Shown: positions 11,845 through 23,979, counted from the stretch's first letter. The stretch: 42,714 bases of DNA from Elsinoe ampelina (GCA_010093995.1 ML992519.1:1-42714); one strand, 5' to 3'. Program-made: numbers and translations. Notes: generated by a model from the sequence alone, not told the origin.

Positions 11845-13553
11845 TCAAGCCTTGTTACCGACTACCTCAACCTGCTCGACCTCGCCATCGCTGCTGCTCA
11901 TCTTCTCATCTCTGTCATCACCAACAGCTGCGGCTCCGATACACTTGTAAGTGCGGAACTTGCGGGCAGGCACCTTTGCCTCGAACATCTCGGTGATCTC
12001 TTCGAGGGTCCTGCCCTTGGTCTCCGGGATGAACCACCAGGTGAAGACAGCAGCGATGATGCAAGATGGAGCCCAAATGTAGCCATACTTGGGTCCCCAG
12101 TTGAGGGCAGCCGGGTTGATGAAATACGGAGCGGTGAATCTGCAAATATCAGCCTTGATCCATCTCAACAAGCAGAAGAATACTCACGTTGCCAACCAAG
12201 CGCCAAAGAAACCCACGCTAGCACCAAGACCAAAGGTATAACTCCTCAACCTCTGACTCGGCGCCTCACCTCCCAACACCCACGCATAAGTAGCGATAAG
12301 ACCATTATACGCCACCATATACACACAAGTCAACCCGACCAAACTCTTCGCCGCCCTCGAATCATTCGGCTTGACCGTATAAATGACCGCAATAATCAAC
12401 TGGAACAACCCACACAAACTCAACCCCGTCATGAGGAACACCCTCCTGCGACCAAACTTTGTGACGACCGCCGAGTTGACCAAGATGGCAAACACACCGA
12501 TCGACGTGAGAATCACCGCGTTCTCGAACGGTTTCCCCACGTTGGCCATCTGGAAGAAATACGTCCCGTACGCGATGATGAACATGGCGCCCGACGCGGC
12601 CTGGGTATTGATCGCCGCGACGCTGACGATCGTGCGTCTCCGATCGACCGAGTTGCGGAACATGTCCCACACCGACACGCCGGAATGCAGGTCCTTCTCC
12701 CTCGCGAGGGACGTCTCGACTTCGTCCATTTCCGCGTCGGCGAAGGCATCGGTCGCGCGCAGCCAGCGCATGGATTGTCGTGCCGCGGGGATGCGGGCTT
12801 GTTCGGTCAGCCAGCGGGGTGATTCGGGGATGAAGAAGAGGCCGATGGTGATGAAGGCTGGGACGACGAAGATGATGCCCAGCGGGATGATGTACGAGTT
12901 GCGGCCGGCGATGGGGGCGGTGAAGTTGTCGATTATGGTGCCGACGACTGGGGACGGGGGGTTAGTAGGGAGGAAGGGGATGGAGGGAGGGAGGGAGCTC
13001 ACGTGTGCCGATGGAGGTCCAGGATTGGAATGCAGAGAGGGCCAGGCCGCGGAAGTGTGCAGGGCAGGTTTCTTGGATGTACAATTGGGAAAAAGTCATG
13101 AGCATGCCGTTGCTGATGCCGAGGAGGAGACGGGCGGCGTAGAGCGCTCCGATGGACGTGGTGGTCATCATGATGATGTTGGCGACGCAGCAGAGACCGC
13201 AGGCGATCCAGAGGTTGAGTTTGCGGCCCATCTTCCAGGCGAGGGGACCAGCGCAGCCGGAGGCGATGACTGCGCCGAGGGTCATGAGGGAGGAGATGAG
13301 TTGTTGGCGGGTTGGATTAATGTTCCAACCTCCTGGGAGGGATGGGTCGCGGTAGCCAAAGACTTCGAGGAAGCCTGGCATGGCTTGGAGGCCTGGTAGG
13401 AGTTAGTATAGGAGTATCTCGTATGAGTGGGCTTGACGGACCGCCGATGATGCCAAAGTCGATGCCATACTGGAAGGGGCAGAGAGATACAAGGATGATG
13501 GCGAACAGGCACTTCAAGTTGCCATTCTTGCCGTTGACTCCTGTGTCCGCCAT
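11845..13553 (-). CDS. MFS sugar porter family transporter; introns 13393-13441, 12948-13002, 12140-12187
   Basis: YGIDFG, GRK, YIQET.P..RG, PESPRWL, FGRR and PETKGRTLEEI sugar-porter signatures. Confidence 0.9.
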
Positions 13554-14472
13554 GTTGACTTGTTAAAGTCTGTCAAAATGGAAGTGTATGCGGTAAAGGA
13601 GGTGAAGAAGCCTTTGAGACTCCAAATCAAACGAGTCCTGCTTCCAAACGAACAGTCTGGTTCCCGACCTATGTAGATCGTCTGCAGATCCCCCAAGCAC
13701 TAGCGCCGTACATGCATGTTACACATGGCACTTGGTGATGAAGCATTTGCCGGGGAGGATGGCGTTTAGGGTTCTGCCTCGTCGTCCGAATGTGAAGGAT
13801 CGAGACACGGAATATCAAGCGGGATGTTGGGGAAGAGGATGGGCTGTAAACGCTCTTCGCGGTGTGATCAGGATTGGGAGTTGGAAGAAGAAACGATGTG
13901 CATGTTGCAGTGACTCGTACGCGTTGAGGAGACCGGCAAGTCGGGAAATGCGCATTGTGCAGGAGTACTTGATGCCAATCTAACTCGCCACGTCGCTGTT
14001 CATGTCGTGTCACATATCAAGAACTCACCTGTACTCGCCACCATCATTCTGCGCATCATAATGCACGCAGCATAACTTCAAAGATTGCTTCGAGATCCAA
14101 TTGTTCCTCGACGATCAATCGCCATGTCTGCGGCAAACACGATATCAAGTTTCGCCGGACGTGTTGGACAAGGTTTGCGCCACGCATGTGTGTTTTGCCT
14201 CCCCACAAACCCCAACTCCTCCCCCACAACCAGCTCCACCCTGGGGGATGTCCGATGTCTATCACTTCGTGGCTTGAGGGACGGGACAAGAACTTCCCTC
14301 GTGTCTGGTCGAATCGGCAAAATGCCAATTCGTCCTTGCCGGCCACGCTGTTGGTGAGCCGCTTGGCTGAATCATATCGCCATGGCCTGGTGATTTCATG
14401 GTCTCAATAACTCGGTGAGGATTCAGTTTCTACTATCTTCTCCTTTTGTGTGTATTAGCGGGTTTGATCATC

Positions 14473-16369
14473 ATGAGCGCTCTTCATGGTATGGAGGGTT
14501 TGACCCTCACGAGGGTTGCTGATGCTGTCTACAAGTTTGGCATTGGCAATGTCGCGCTTGCACTTGGAGGGGTTGCTCTTCTGGTATTGATCGCGGATTA
14601 CTCTTGGATGATATACATGCACTACCAGATGGTGAGTACTGCGTCCTCTCCACGATGGCCATACTGACAGCCACAGCCACCTGGACCATTCCCATTGCCC
14701 ATTGTCGGAAACACTCATCTCCTCCCGGAGAACAAGCCATGGATCTATTTTGAGCAAGTGGCAATGGACTACAAGTCTCCTGTGATTACTTTCTGGATTG
14801 GTCGCAATCCGACCGTTTGGATCAACGACGCCTGGTCAGCCAATGAACTTTTTGATAAGAAAGCCGGCATCTACTCTTCTCGACCTCGAATGCTGGTCTT
14901 TGCTGAGCTTTCCGGTAGATCGGACAAGCATCTTGTATCCATGAAGTATGGTGAAAGATGGCGATTGCACCGCAAGATCACCCATCAGGTCGTTGGTACT
15001 CAGAAAGTGCGGGAGTATCGCAATTTCCAGAACGATGAAAGTAAGGTCATGGCAATGGAGATCCTGCAGCGACCGAAGGAATACGTCGGTCATCTCGAGC
15101 GATATGCGACTTCTGTCGTGTCCATCATTGGCTTCGGCAGGAGAGTGGCTAGCGAGCAAGACCCTATCATCACCGAGGTCATTGCTGTGATGCACCGAGG
15201 CGAGTGTCGTGTCATGCTTGATAAGACCAACCACTGACGTGCGTAGCTGCCGATCTCAACGTCCCTGGCAAGCACATGCCCATGGTTATGGAGTCCTTCC
15301 CATGGATGAGCAAGCTCCCCGTCCTCCTCAACCCCGCTCTCGCCGCCTTCAAGAAGAGCGGGCGTGGCATGCAGTTCTTCCTCGCCCTCGCACATGGTAA
15401 GTACCCTTTTCCCATCTCCATACATAGATTGAACCATTCTAACACAATCCACAGAAGCCAACCAAAAAACTCAAACCACCCCATGCGTAGTCAAGCACAT
15501 CCTGAAAGAAGCCCCGAAACACCACCTCGAAGACGAAGAAATCGCCTCGTTGACCGGCAACCTCTTCGGCGCCGGCTCCGACACCTCCTCCAGCACCCTC
15601 ATCACCTTCGTCCTCGCCTGCTGCGCCTTCCCCGAAGTCCTCCCCGCCGCATGGGCCGAACTCGACCGCGTCGTCGGCTCCTCACGCAGCCCCCATTTCG
15701 ACGACGAAGCCAACCTCCCGTACTGCAGAGCCTTCGCCGACGAAGTCCTCCGTTGGCGCTCCGTCGCCATCATCGGCGGCCAACCCCACGCTCCGGTCCA
15801 GGACGATCGGTGGAACGGGTACCTCATCCCCAAGGACTCGTGGGTGCAGGGGAACGTGTGGGCGATTCATCACAATGAGAAGGAGTTCCCTGATCCGGAC
15901 CGGTTTAACCCGAACAGGTTTATCAAGGGGCATGAGGATAGTAGGCCTTTCCCGACGGAGAAGGGGAGGATGACGTTTGGGTGGGGGAGGAGGGTTTGTT
16001 CGGGCCAGGCATTGGCGGAGCAGGGGACGTTTATTAGTGTGGCGAGGCTGTTGTGGGCGTTTAATATTTGCAAGGAGAAGGATGCACAGGGGAGGGATGT
16101 GCCGGTTGACATCTTCAATTACACGTGAGTAATGAGGGAGTGGTGATGCTGGGATGGATGCTGACTAGAGCAGGAACGGATTGAATATGAGGCCGCAGCC
16201 TTTCCCTTGTCGGTTCCTTCCGAGGAGCGAGGAGATCAGGCAGACGATTCTGCGAGAGGGCAAGCAGGCGTTGGAGGATCTGTCGATTTATGATGGGGAG
16301 ACTGCGTACAGGATGAGTACCATGTATGAGAAGCCGCAGCTGGGTGGGTGGGAGAAGAAGATCCGGTAG
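14473..16369 (+). CDS. Cytochrome P450 monooxygenase; introns ~14632-14676, 15200-15246 (GC-AG), 15397-15454, 16125-16173
   Basis: N-terminal TM, PPGPFPLPIVGN, I-helix AGSDT, ExxR (EVLR), PDRFNPNRF and heme motif FGWGRRVCSG. Confidence 0.93.
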
Positions 16370-16639
16370 AGAGCAGGAGAGATAGGTTGGAAAGAATGAA
16401 TAGAGGGCAATTTTGCATGAGAAAGTGGCATCGGTATGGAAGATTGCAGCATACATTACTCAGTCCAGTCGCATGGTTGAAGAGGCAAAGCGTATGATAT
16501 TACTAGTCTTTCATTCATTCTACATCTCATCTCGTATACATTCTCCGCATGAACATGACCAAACACATGGCGTAAAGAGGTATCAATCATAAGTCGTCAG
16601 TCATCCTTGGCTTCCAACCCGCCAGTCCTTTATCCATCC

Positions 16640-17704
16640 TCACCTCCTGCGCCTGTCCCTCTCCCTATCTCTCGACCTCGATCGATCACTCTCGCTCTCA
16701 CTGTCACTCTCCTCATCCCTCCTCGAGCCCCTCGACCTCTGCGAGCGACTACTATCCTTCCTCCGCATCTTCGGGCGATCACTAGCGTAATACTCCTTCC
16801 AGTCCGCGTCCTTCTTTGCCTTTTCCGCTCTTCGTCTACTAAGCGTCAGCAACATTCACATCCCCCGTCCATCCCGGGCTGTTAACTCGATAAACTCACC
16901 TCTCATGCCTCTCCTCCAACTTCCCCGCGCCTATGGCACCCACCAACACCCCTGCCACTGTCCCCAGTGTCCCTCCCATCTTATGCCCAATCAACGCCCC
17001 TGCCGATCCCCCCAGCATACTCGCGCCCAAACCGCGCTGATCGTCCGACAGTCCAGCCAGAGGATTACGGGACTTGCTCTTCCCCCTCCCGCTCCCGCTA
17101 TCCGCATCATCACCACGGCTCTTCTTCCTTTCATGGCGACCACGTCGGTCGCGTTCGCGTTCCCGTTCCCGCTCACCCCGACTGCCGGAGCCGGAAGAGC
17201 GGCTGTCGCGGTCTCGATCGTGGCCGTTGCGGGGTCCGTAGCCGTAAGTAGCTGCGTAGGGGACGTAGCCTTGGCCTAGGTTCTGGGATTGGGCGTGGGC
17301 TTTTTCGTCGCTGAAGCGAGCGACTTGGTTGCCGAAGGAGGGGACGGGGGAGGGTGCGTAGCCGTTTCCGCTCGAGGTTGCTTGCGGGTAGTAGCCGCCA
17401 TTTTGTTGAGGGTGGTGCTGTGGGTGGGAGAAGCGTGGGTCGCGTTGGTAGGAGGGGTAGCCTGTTGCGCTGCCTGTGGAGGAGGAGGCGTAGTTGTTCT
17501 GTTGAGGGTAGTTTTGAGGCGGTGGTGGATACTGAGAGAAGGTCAGCGACATATAGTGCAAGAGGGATGGCGACGGCGCACGTTGGAGTACTGCTGGAAT
17601 GAGGTTTCTGACGAGTTTGGTCGACCAGCACCGGGCGGAGGAGGATAGTATGGTTGCTGGTGGTGTTGATGCGACGGGCGATTGTCAAAGTTTGGTGCTG
17701 CCAT
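16640..17704 (-). CDS. Low-complexity protein with glycine-zipper 2TM motif; introns 17532-17581 and 16839-16899
   Basis: Pro/Gln/Tyr-rich N-terminus from the ATG at 17704, RD/RE-rich tracts, GLGASMLGGSAGALIGHKMGGTLGTVAGVLVGAIGAG; canonical introns. Confidence 0.7.
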
Positions 17705-18634
17705 TGTTCGGCGTGGTCGAGGGTACCGGTAAGGGTGATATTATCACGGGTGAGACAGGTCGAAGTGGGATGTTTGTGAGGGAGAAAAACGGCAGTGGTC
17801 AATCAAGACACGATTGATTGATTGATCGAAATGATCCGCAGACGATCTGCTGGCCTCTTTTTTTCCCGTCTCAAGGGACCTGAAAGGCAGCGTTGGCAGG
17901 ACAAGGCGTGCGGTCAGTGTCACTGTCAGTGGCAGTGGCAGTGACAGTGACAAGTGATTGACACAGCGACAGCCCTGTTCGTTCGACCTGCTCGTTGGGC
18001 GCCAATCGAGGGAGACACAGGGAGAAATTGATTGACGTATGCGGCTCGCCGTCATGGAAGAATGCATTTTCTCTGGTTCGTGGCTGATTTGACACTCTTT
18101 ATAACTCCAACCGACATGGATAAGTTAATCGAACAGCGCATACAGACATTGTACCCGAGTCGAGTTCAATGCAAGAACACGCGTCTCAGGTCTTGAGTCA
18201 ATGCAAACACGGCTCGACGATAAATATCCATCTAGACCCCTCCAGATGCTACAGACGTCGAGAGTAAATGACCCGTCGACAGCCATTTCTCTACGGGCGT
18301 CCTTTAGCGTGGGATATTGTGCATGTATCTCATATACTTGAATATCTGGTTGTTCCAGGTCTTCTTCCTCCGGGGACTGTCAATCTGCGACCGATGTGGC
18401 AAGTCTTGTATGCGGGTCACTTTGTGGAGTCTCCGTCGATCAAGGTTCATGCTTGCAGATGAATGTCCTCCTTGTGCACCCTGAATTGCTCTTGGTGCTG
18501 ACCCTGGTCCTATCGGATGCTCTTGGCGATGTTGGCGTGCATCTTGACTCGATTGCTGGCTTCTCAAAGGCATTCTCTGTCCGCCTCTCACTCCATTCCT
18601 CATGCATACCCCACTTGGCATGCATATCGATTCC

Positions 18635-21406
18635 TCAAGCCTTGAGTCCATCCATCGTCTCTCTCAATCTGTCCCATCCACTACTCCCTTCCCACATCTC
18701 CTTTCCTCTACCCATTACCGTCCTGATAGCGCTTCTGGCCTTGAATCTCCAGTCCTTCGCCACCAGCTCCCCCGCTCCTAGTCCCTCCGTCCGCTCCTTC
18801 GGCCCCAAACTCTCATAAGCCTCGCATAGCTCGACCGTGGCATCCACTACCTTGTCCCACCTCTTCTCATCCGCTTCCCAACCAGGTTGACTTGTGACCA
18901 CCCTCCATGCCTTCTCCTGCGCCTCTAATGCAGTCCCCCATTTCGCCCTCCAGAATGCCAGCTTGCCAACTAGCCCCCAAAGCACCGCATTGCCCGTGAT
19001 CAAAGGCTGCACCTTCTTCTCCACCAACTCCACCAACAGCCTCTCCGCTCCCGGCTTTGTAGCATCATACGGCACTCCCGACCTCGTCACCTCACCCACC
19101 ATCAACCCCAAAATCTCCGCATCAACACACTTCTCCCCGTCCGTCTTGCCCCTCAAATCGACAATCCGGCTCTGCGCCGCCACTACCGACGCCAAATCCG
19201 GCGGATCCAACGAAACCGCCACAACCATGACATTTTCCCAAATCCGATGCGAATCCCCCTTCAGACTCGCCGCCCTCTTCAACGCCCTCAACGCATCCCG
19301 CTTGAACTTCTGCGGATCTCTCTTCCTCCCCTCTTCTCCTTCCACCTGCCCCTCGCCCTCGTCCTGATCTTCACACCTCAACATCGCAGCCGCCAGATTC
19401 GACCACGCCTCTGCATCCCTTTCGTCCAGCTGCACACATCTCGTGAACGCCTCTACTGCCTTCTTGAACTGCTCGAGTTCCAGCAGGCAGCAACCCAATG
19501 CGAACCAGGATGCTTGGTTGAGTTTATTCACGTTCAAGCTGAGACTATACGCCTCGGCTGCCTTGAGGTGGTCCCGTTGAGAAAAGTACAATCTCCCTAG
19601 ACTCCTCTGAGCACGAGCGTAGCGCTTCCCCGACACGGTCCAGGCGCGTTGGTAGAGCGGTATGTCCGAGTCAATGTCCGCGAGGATGCAAAACAAGCGC
19701 GGCGCATCGGCCGGTAGCGGGTCGAGTTCGGGGCCGGAAAAGGTCTGGTCTTCGGCGTCGGCGTCGGTGCCGGGAGTGGGCTGGTAGAGCAGTTTGCGGA
19801 CGATGGAGCGAGCTTTGTCTTCGCGTTGCGTGGCAGCCCAGCAGAGTGCGACTTCGGCCCAGAGCTCGAGGCGGGTGTAGATCTCTAGTGCGGAGCGGAG
19901 ACCGCCGAGGGAGACCCAGCGTTGGGCGAGTTCGGATTCGAGGTCCCATCGGGAGGGAGCGGAGAGGGGAAAGATGTATTGTAGTCGCTGGGAGACAGGA
20001 GCGGTCTCTTGGTCCGAGGGGCGAGGCAGGAACGAGGTTTGAGGCTGGTCTGACGAGGAGTTGGTGCCTGCAGGAGTGGTGTCGACGATGACTTGATCGA
20101 CTAGGGCCTGTAGTTGGAGAAGACCACGCTCGATGGTGCGGGACTTGTAGCCTTCGATGCGGGAGCGAACGAGAAGTGCTTGTGTATAGATCTGCCAGTT
20201 GGAAGATCCGCCCTCAAGTACACGAGTGGCGTATGGAAGAGTCTCCTCGCGAGTCAGACCATCGGCTGGGGATGTGTTGGTGATGGCTGAGGCTAGAGCG
20301 AGGAGAATTACCGAGTCGAGAGGTTGCAATATGGGTTGAGCAGATACATCCAGGCTGGCCAACGCAGGAGTCAGGGCTGACTCGTCTATCACTTTGGCCG
20401 GATCTGTGCCTTCCAAAGTAGTGAATGAGATGCTCTCAAGCAGCGTGTCATCATTCAGGTCGAGATTCTTGGGTGCGGTGCCGTCCCCATTGCCATTCGT
20501 AGTAGATGCAGTGGTGGTTTCGGCGGTGTCGAAGCTCTTTGCCAGGACCACCAACTGACTAGTATCTTTTTGTTGAAACTTGGTACGCTTTCCCAGCCGT
20601 CCTGTGATGGCGAATTGAAATTTCCGCTCTCTCGCCGCCTTGTCGATACCAGCTCTGGCCAGTCTATCATTGCTGTAGTATGTCTCTATGCTGGCTTTCT
20701 CAAGCAGGAAAGAGACATGCGCATCCTTTGGCAATGCTTTGCTCTCCAGTAAGGTCTCCACCTCTCCTGTCAAGCTGTAGATCTGTTCCTGCAGTGTGGA
20801 CGCTTGCTCTGACAGTATTCGTTGATGAATAAAATTGGTCCGTAATTGAGCCCAAGCCGCAAGTGGCACATTCTTCCTTACGGGCGGACAACTGAAGATT
20901 GTATCAGCGAGACATAGAAGCTCCACATTCGGCGTCAGTTTGTATGCCGCTACGCCGTCCACGCTCAAGCTGTCAATTAGAGCTGATCGAGTCTTGCTCA
21001 ACTTGCTCTGATCTTCAGCCATAGCGTCGCCAAATAGTGTTTTGGCTGAGTCAAAAGGCAGAGGCGGACCAGTGTAGTTTGATTGTAGGAATGCCAACAA
21101 AGATGTATATCCAAGAAGGAAGAAGAATGCTCTCAAATACTCGGGCGTGTATTGCGCATCTTCATGCTTGGCTGATATGACTAGTCCTAGTCGATGGAAG
21201 ATGTCATCTGTCCAGCATTGCGAGTCTTTAGCTAGTGTCTGTTCGGTTTCCGGTAGTTGATCGTGCCCAAATACGATGCGTGCGAGCCGCGACCGCAATA
21301 AGGACTCAAAATTTCCACTGTCGATTTGTGTGAATCGGTCGGCCAAAAGTGCTCGTAGGTCATTGGGAAGACTGTCGTGGAACAGCTTGCAAAGAAGTTC
21401 GCTCAT
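18635..21406 (-). CDS. EMW1: TPR protein EMW1/TTC27 homolog (likely start MSELL at 21406)
   Basis: FLQSNYTGP, GRLGKRTKFQQ, LNDDTLLESI, NWQIYTQALLVRSRIE, SLGGLRSALEIY, RYARAQRSLG, TPR repeats (EAWSNLA). Confidence 0.88.
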   Translation of the reverse strand: MSELLCKLFHDSLPNDLRALLADRFTQIDSGNFESLLRSRLARIVFGHDQLPETEQTLAKDSQCWTDDIFHRLGLVISAKHEDAQYTPEYLRAFFFLLGYTSLLAFLQSNYTGPPLPFDSAKTLFGDAMAEDQSKLSKTRSALIDSLSVDGVAAYKLTPNVELLCLADTIFSCPPVRKNVPLAAWAQLRTNFIHQRILSEQASTLQEQIYSLTGEVETLLESKALPKDAHVSFLLEKASIETYYSNDRLARAGIDKAARERKFQFAITGRLGKRTKFQQKDTSQLVVLAKSFDTAETTTASTTNGNGDGTAPKNLDLNDDTLLESISFTTLEGTDPAKVIDESALTPALASLDVSAQPILQPLDSVILLALASAITNTSPADGLTREETLPYATRVLEGGSSNWQIYTQALLVRSRIEGYKSRTIERGLLQLQALVDQVIVDTTPAGTNSSSDQPQTSFLPRPSDQETAPVSQRLQYIFPLSAPSRWDLESELAQRWVSLGGLRSALEIYTRLELWAEVALCWAATQREDKARSIVRKLLYQPTPGTDADAEDQTFSGPELDPLPADAPRLFCILADIDSDIPLYQRAWTVSGKRYARAQRSLGRLYFSQRDHLKAAEAYSLSLNVNKLNQASWFALGCCLLELEQFKKAVEAFTRCVQLDERDAEAWSNLAAAMLRCEDQDEGEGQVEGEEGRKRDPQKFKRDALRALKRAASLKGDSHRIWENVMVVAVSLDPPDLASVVAAQSRIVDLRGKTDGEKCVDAEILGLMVGEVTRSGVPYDATKPGAERLLVELVEKKVQPLITGNAVLWGLVGKLAFWRAKWGTALEAQEKAWRVVTSQPGWEADEKRWDKVVDATVELCEAYESLGPKERTEGLGAGELVAKDWRFKARSAIRTVMGRGKEMWEGSSGWDRLRETMDGLKA

Positions 21407-21999
21407 GATGCATGTAGTATTTACTGGATGACTGTCTGAGTGTACCGAGCACTGCACTATGGCTCACTGGGCAGTCGTTCCTATACTGCTCTACGTTGAA
21501 GAAAAAATATCTCATGGTTTTTGAAGCACGTGAGAAGCTTTCAAAACGCCGAAAACAAAACTCGCTTGCCGCCGCGGAATGCCCGCAGAGCCGCGTCACG
21601 AGGTTGCCAGCTTCGCCACCACACTGATAGTGAACATGTCATGACTGATATTTCTAGGCGAATGGCGGAAAATTTGAGCTCGAGGATAATACTCTAATCA
21701 ATGGAGGAAACAGTGGCTTTTTATATTCTAAATGACACCTGCAATAAAGTAATAGAGATTGATTAATGAGCAATTGCATACCACATCAGTACCCAGAAGG
21801 GGTTCTCTTCAGCCAGCTATACGGAGCGCAAGGAATATCGAGCCAGTCGTACATCGCATCCAACATCCAACATGAAATCAGATCGTCCACTCGTAAGTTG
21901 AAGCACCACCTGCGACGCCACAAACGCCTTCCCTCTTTTGAACCATCGTATGGACACCGCTTCGCGCAAAAGACCTCCCTCACTTCTGCCAATCACTTC

Positions 22000-23134
22000 C
22001 TACTTCCGTTGCGCAGCATCATAGAGACTCGCAAGACCGCCGATGGCTGCGCCTATTATGACGCCATTGTAACCGGCAGGCATTGACAGTTCCACTGCGT
22101 TTGCGGTCACGTCCGAAAACAAATTGAAATAGCGAGCACCTTGTCTGAAGACTAGCCACGAAATGAGAGCCTTGGCGATGTTGAAGGAAAGGGGATCGCA
22201 TCGCCAGCGTGGCTTGATGTATGTCACACCAACCTTGACGACCGGGCGCATGGTCAAGTTGAAAAGCCAAGAGAAGGCAAGAGGTAGCCAGAAACTGGTG
22301 AGCGACCAGAGGATGGATGCAGACCAGTAGACATCAGTCAAGAGGATGAAGAAGTCTGGAAGCTGGACTGGGTACGGGTTGGTCCCAAGCACATCAACGG
22401 CCGGAAGGTTGAAGGCGTGTCGGAAAGGAATGAGCTGGCGTTGAAGTGCAAAACCTTCGAGGAGCAGGACGAGGGTTTCGATGCCGACTACTGATGACAA
22501 TAATTCGCGAGTATCGTTAAGCCAGTCGCGGGCGTTCGCCTTGACGAGGACATGGTCTAGGGAAGTGGAGAATTTGCGAGTCTGGGCCTCGATCGCATCA
22601 GTGATGACGGCGGGAGATGGCGGGATCGTCTTGAGAAAGCCATGAGTAGCTGCCGATGGAGTTCTGGCTGGCGCGAGCGTGCGTTGTATCGCGGGTGTGG
22701 TGATGGCCGGCACAGGTGACGAAGGCGAAGCATTGTCACTGCTGGCAACGGGTCAGCAGTGTTAGGTCATCAAACCAAGTAATCTTACACATCAGTCTCC
22801 TCCTTGACTTTCGTCACTCGCTTCTTCTTGACCTTGAGTTCACCCTCTGATGCCGCTGCAGCGTTTGCGCCAGAGGCAGATGCACGCTTGGCTGGCGATG
22901 ACCTGCCGTAGTAGTCCTTGAAGGCAGCATCGCTGGAGAGACGAGTAGCATTCTTTTGGAAATGCTCATCGAGAACGGAAGCCAATTCCTCTTTGCGCAA
23001 CCCGTCGATGCTAATGCGGGTCAGTTGCTATGGTCTTTAGCACAACGCGCATGGGTCACGTACTCGTCAAGACCGGCGCGTTCGGCCAGAGCTGTAAGCT
23101 CAGCCTTCTTTTGACGTCCCAACCAGGCTGCCAT
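22000..23134 (-). CDS. Conserved fungal membrane protein, probably GTT3-like (N-terminal SAP/LEM-like helices, C-terminal TM segments); introns 23011-23063 and 22742-22788
   Basis: Spliced N-terminus MAAWLGRQKKAELTALAERAGLDDIDGLRKEELASVLDEH...DYY; C-terminal PDFFILLT, DPLSFNIAKAL, IGGLASLYDA. The family name is recalled, not searched. Confidence 0.7.
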
Positions 23135-23636
23135 GGGTGTAAGAATGTATCAAAGCGGTCGCGTAGAATATGCGATTCCAACCAAATGCGAAAGAAGGTG
23201 TAGCGACGTGTATGTGAGCAATAGGAAGGATGTGAGAATGTGCAAAGGTGTTACTTGGACGTGGAACGCGAAACAGCGCGACTTTGTAAACATGAAAAAA
23301 TGGACCCGAATCAGGTTTAGCGGCGCACGTGATACGCCATTGTGGACTATTGTGATCTTGTGGATAATAAGGTACTTGGCCATCGTTGGTATTGTGAGAA
23401 TTGAGAGGCGAGCTCGAGAACATGTCCTTTGGGCTGGAGCGACTGTGTTATCACGCAGATACTCTCCTATTGTGTTCTGTCCAAAATGAATGTCGAATGC
23501 TGTTTTGAATGATGGCAGCGGCTCCAAAATGTGCAAAGTGGGGGTTTTGCCCGCAATTCGCTGCCCGACTACTGCCGTCGAATCGAATTCTTGCACGAGA
23601 GCCTACAACTTCTGTGCCTTCCACAACTCGCCTGCC

Positions 23637-23939
23637 ATGTCCTTGATCGTTAATGGCAATCAGCTCAAGGCGACATATGTCTCTCCGACCGGCGACCAGT
23701 CCTTTACCCATTCCTTGTCCTCCATCGATCAAGCAAATCGCAGCACGAGTGATAAAACTGCATACCTCTCGGACCTCCGATCGAAGACTAGCAAGCTGCA
23801 AGATGAAATCAACGTCTTTTTGACCGGCAAGATGGAGGAAGATAAGGCTGCTCATTCAGATTCTGGACGAAAATCGAAAGTCGACGAGGACAAAGAGGAG
23901 GAGATGTATGGCGAGGAAGATCCAGAGCAAGACGCATGA
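23637..23939 (+). CDS. GON7: EKC/KEOPS complex subunit Gon7 (100 aa)
   Basis: LKATYVSP, KTAYLSDLRSKTSKLQDEINVFLTGKMEEDK and acidic tail EEEMYGEE; ATG at 23637. Confidence 0.85.
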   Translation: MSLIVNGNQLKATYVSPTGDQSFTHSLSSIDQANRSTSDKTAYLSDLRSKTSKLQDEINVFLTGKMEEDKAAHSDSGRKSKVDEDKEEEMYGEEDPEQDA

Positions 23940-23979
23940 TAGCTGCACAGGGAGGACCACACACGGATGAACACGAACA

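Noticed and set aside
11827..13399. Long plus-strand ORFs (331 and 338 aa)
   Set aside because: Antisense shadows of the sugar transporter with no recognisable motifs. The same applies to most short overlapping ORFs in the track.
18268..18651. Small ORFs downstream of EMW1
   Set aside because: Short, overlapping in several frames, with no motif or convincing splice structure.
21407..21457. N-terminal extension of EMW1 in the ORF track
   Set aside because: It begins at a non-ATG codon; the first ATG in frame is at 21406.
23490..23636. 49-aa N-terminal extension of GON7
   Set aside because: Gon7-like sequence begins at the ATG at 23637 (GCCATG context), giving the expected ~100 aa.
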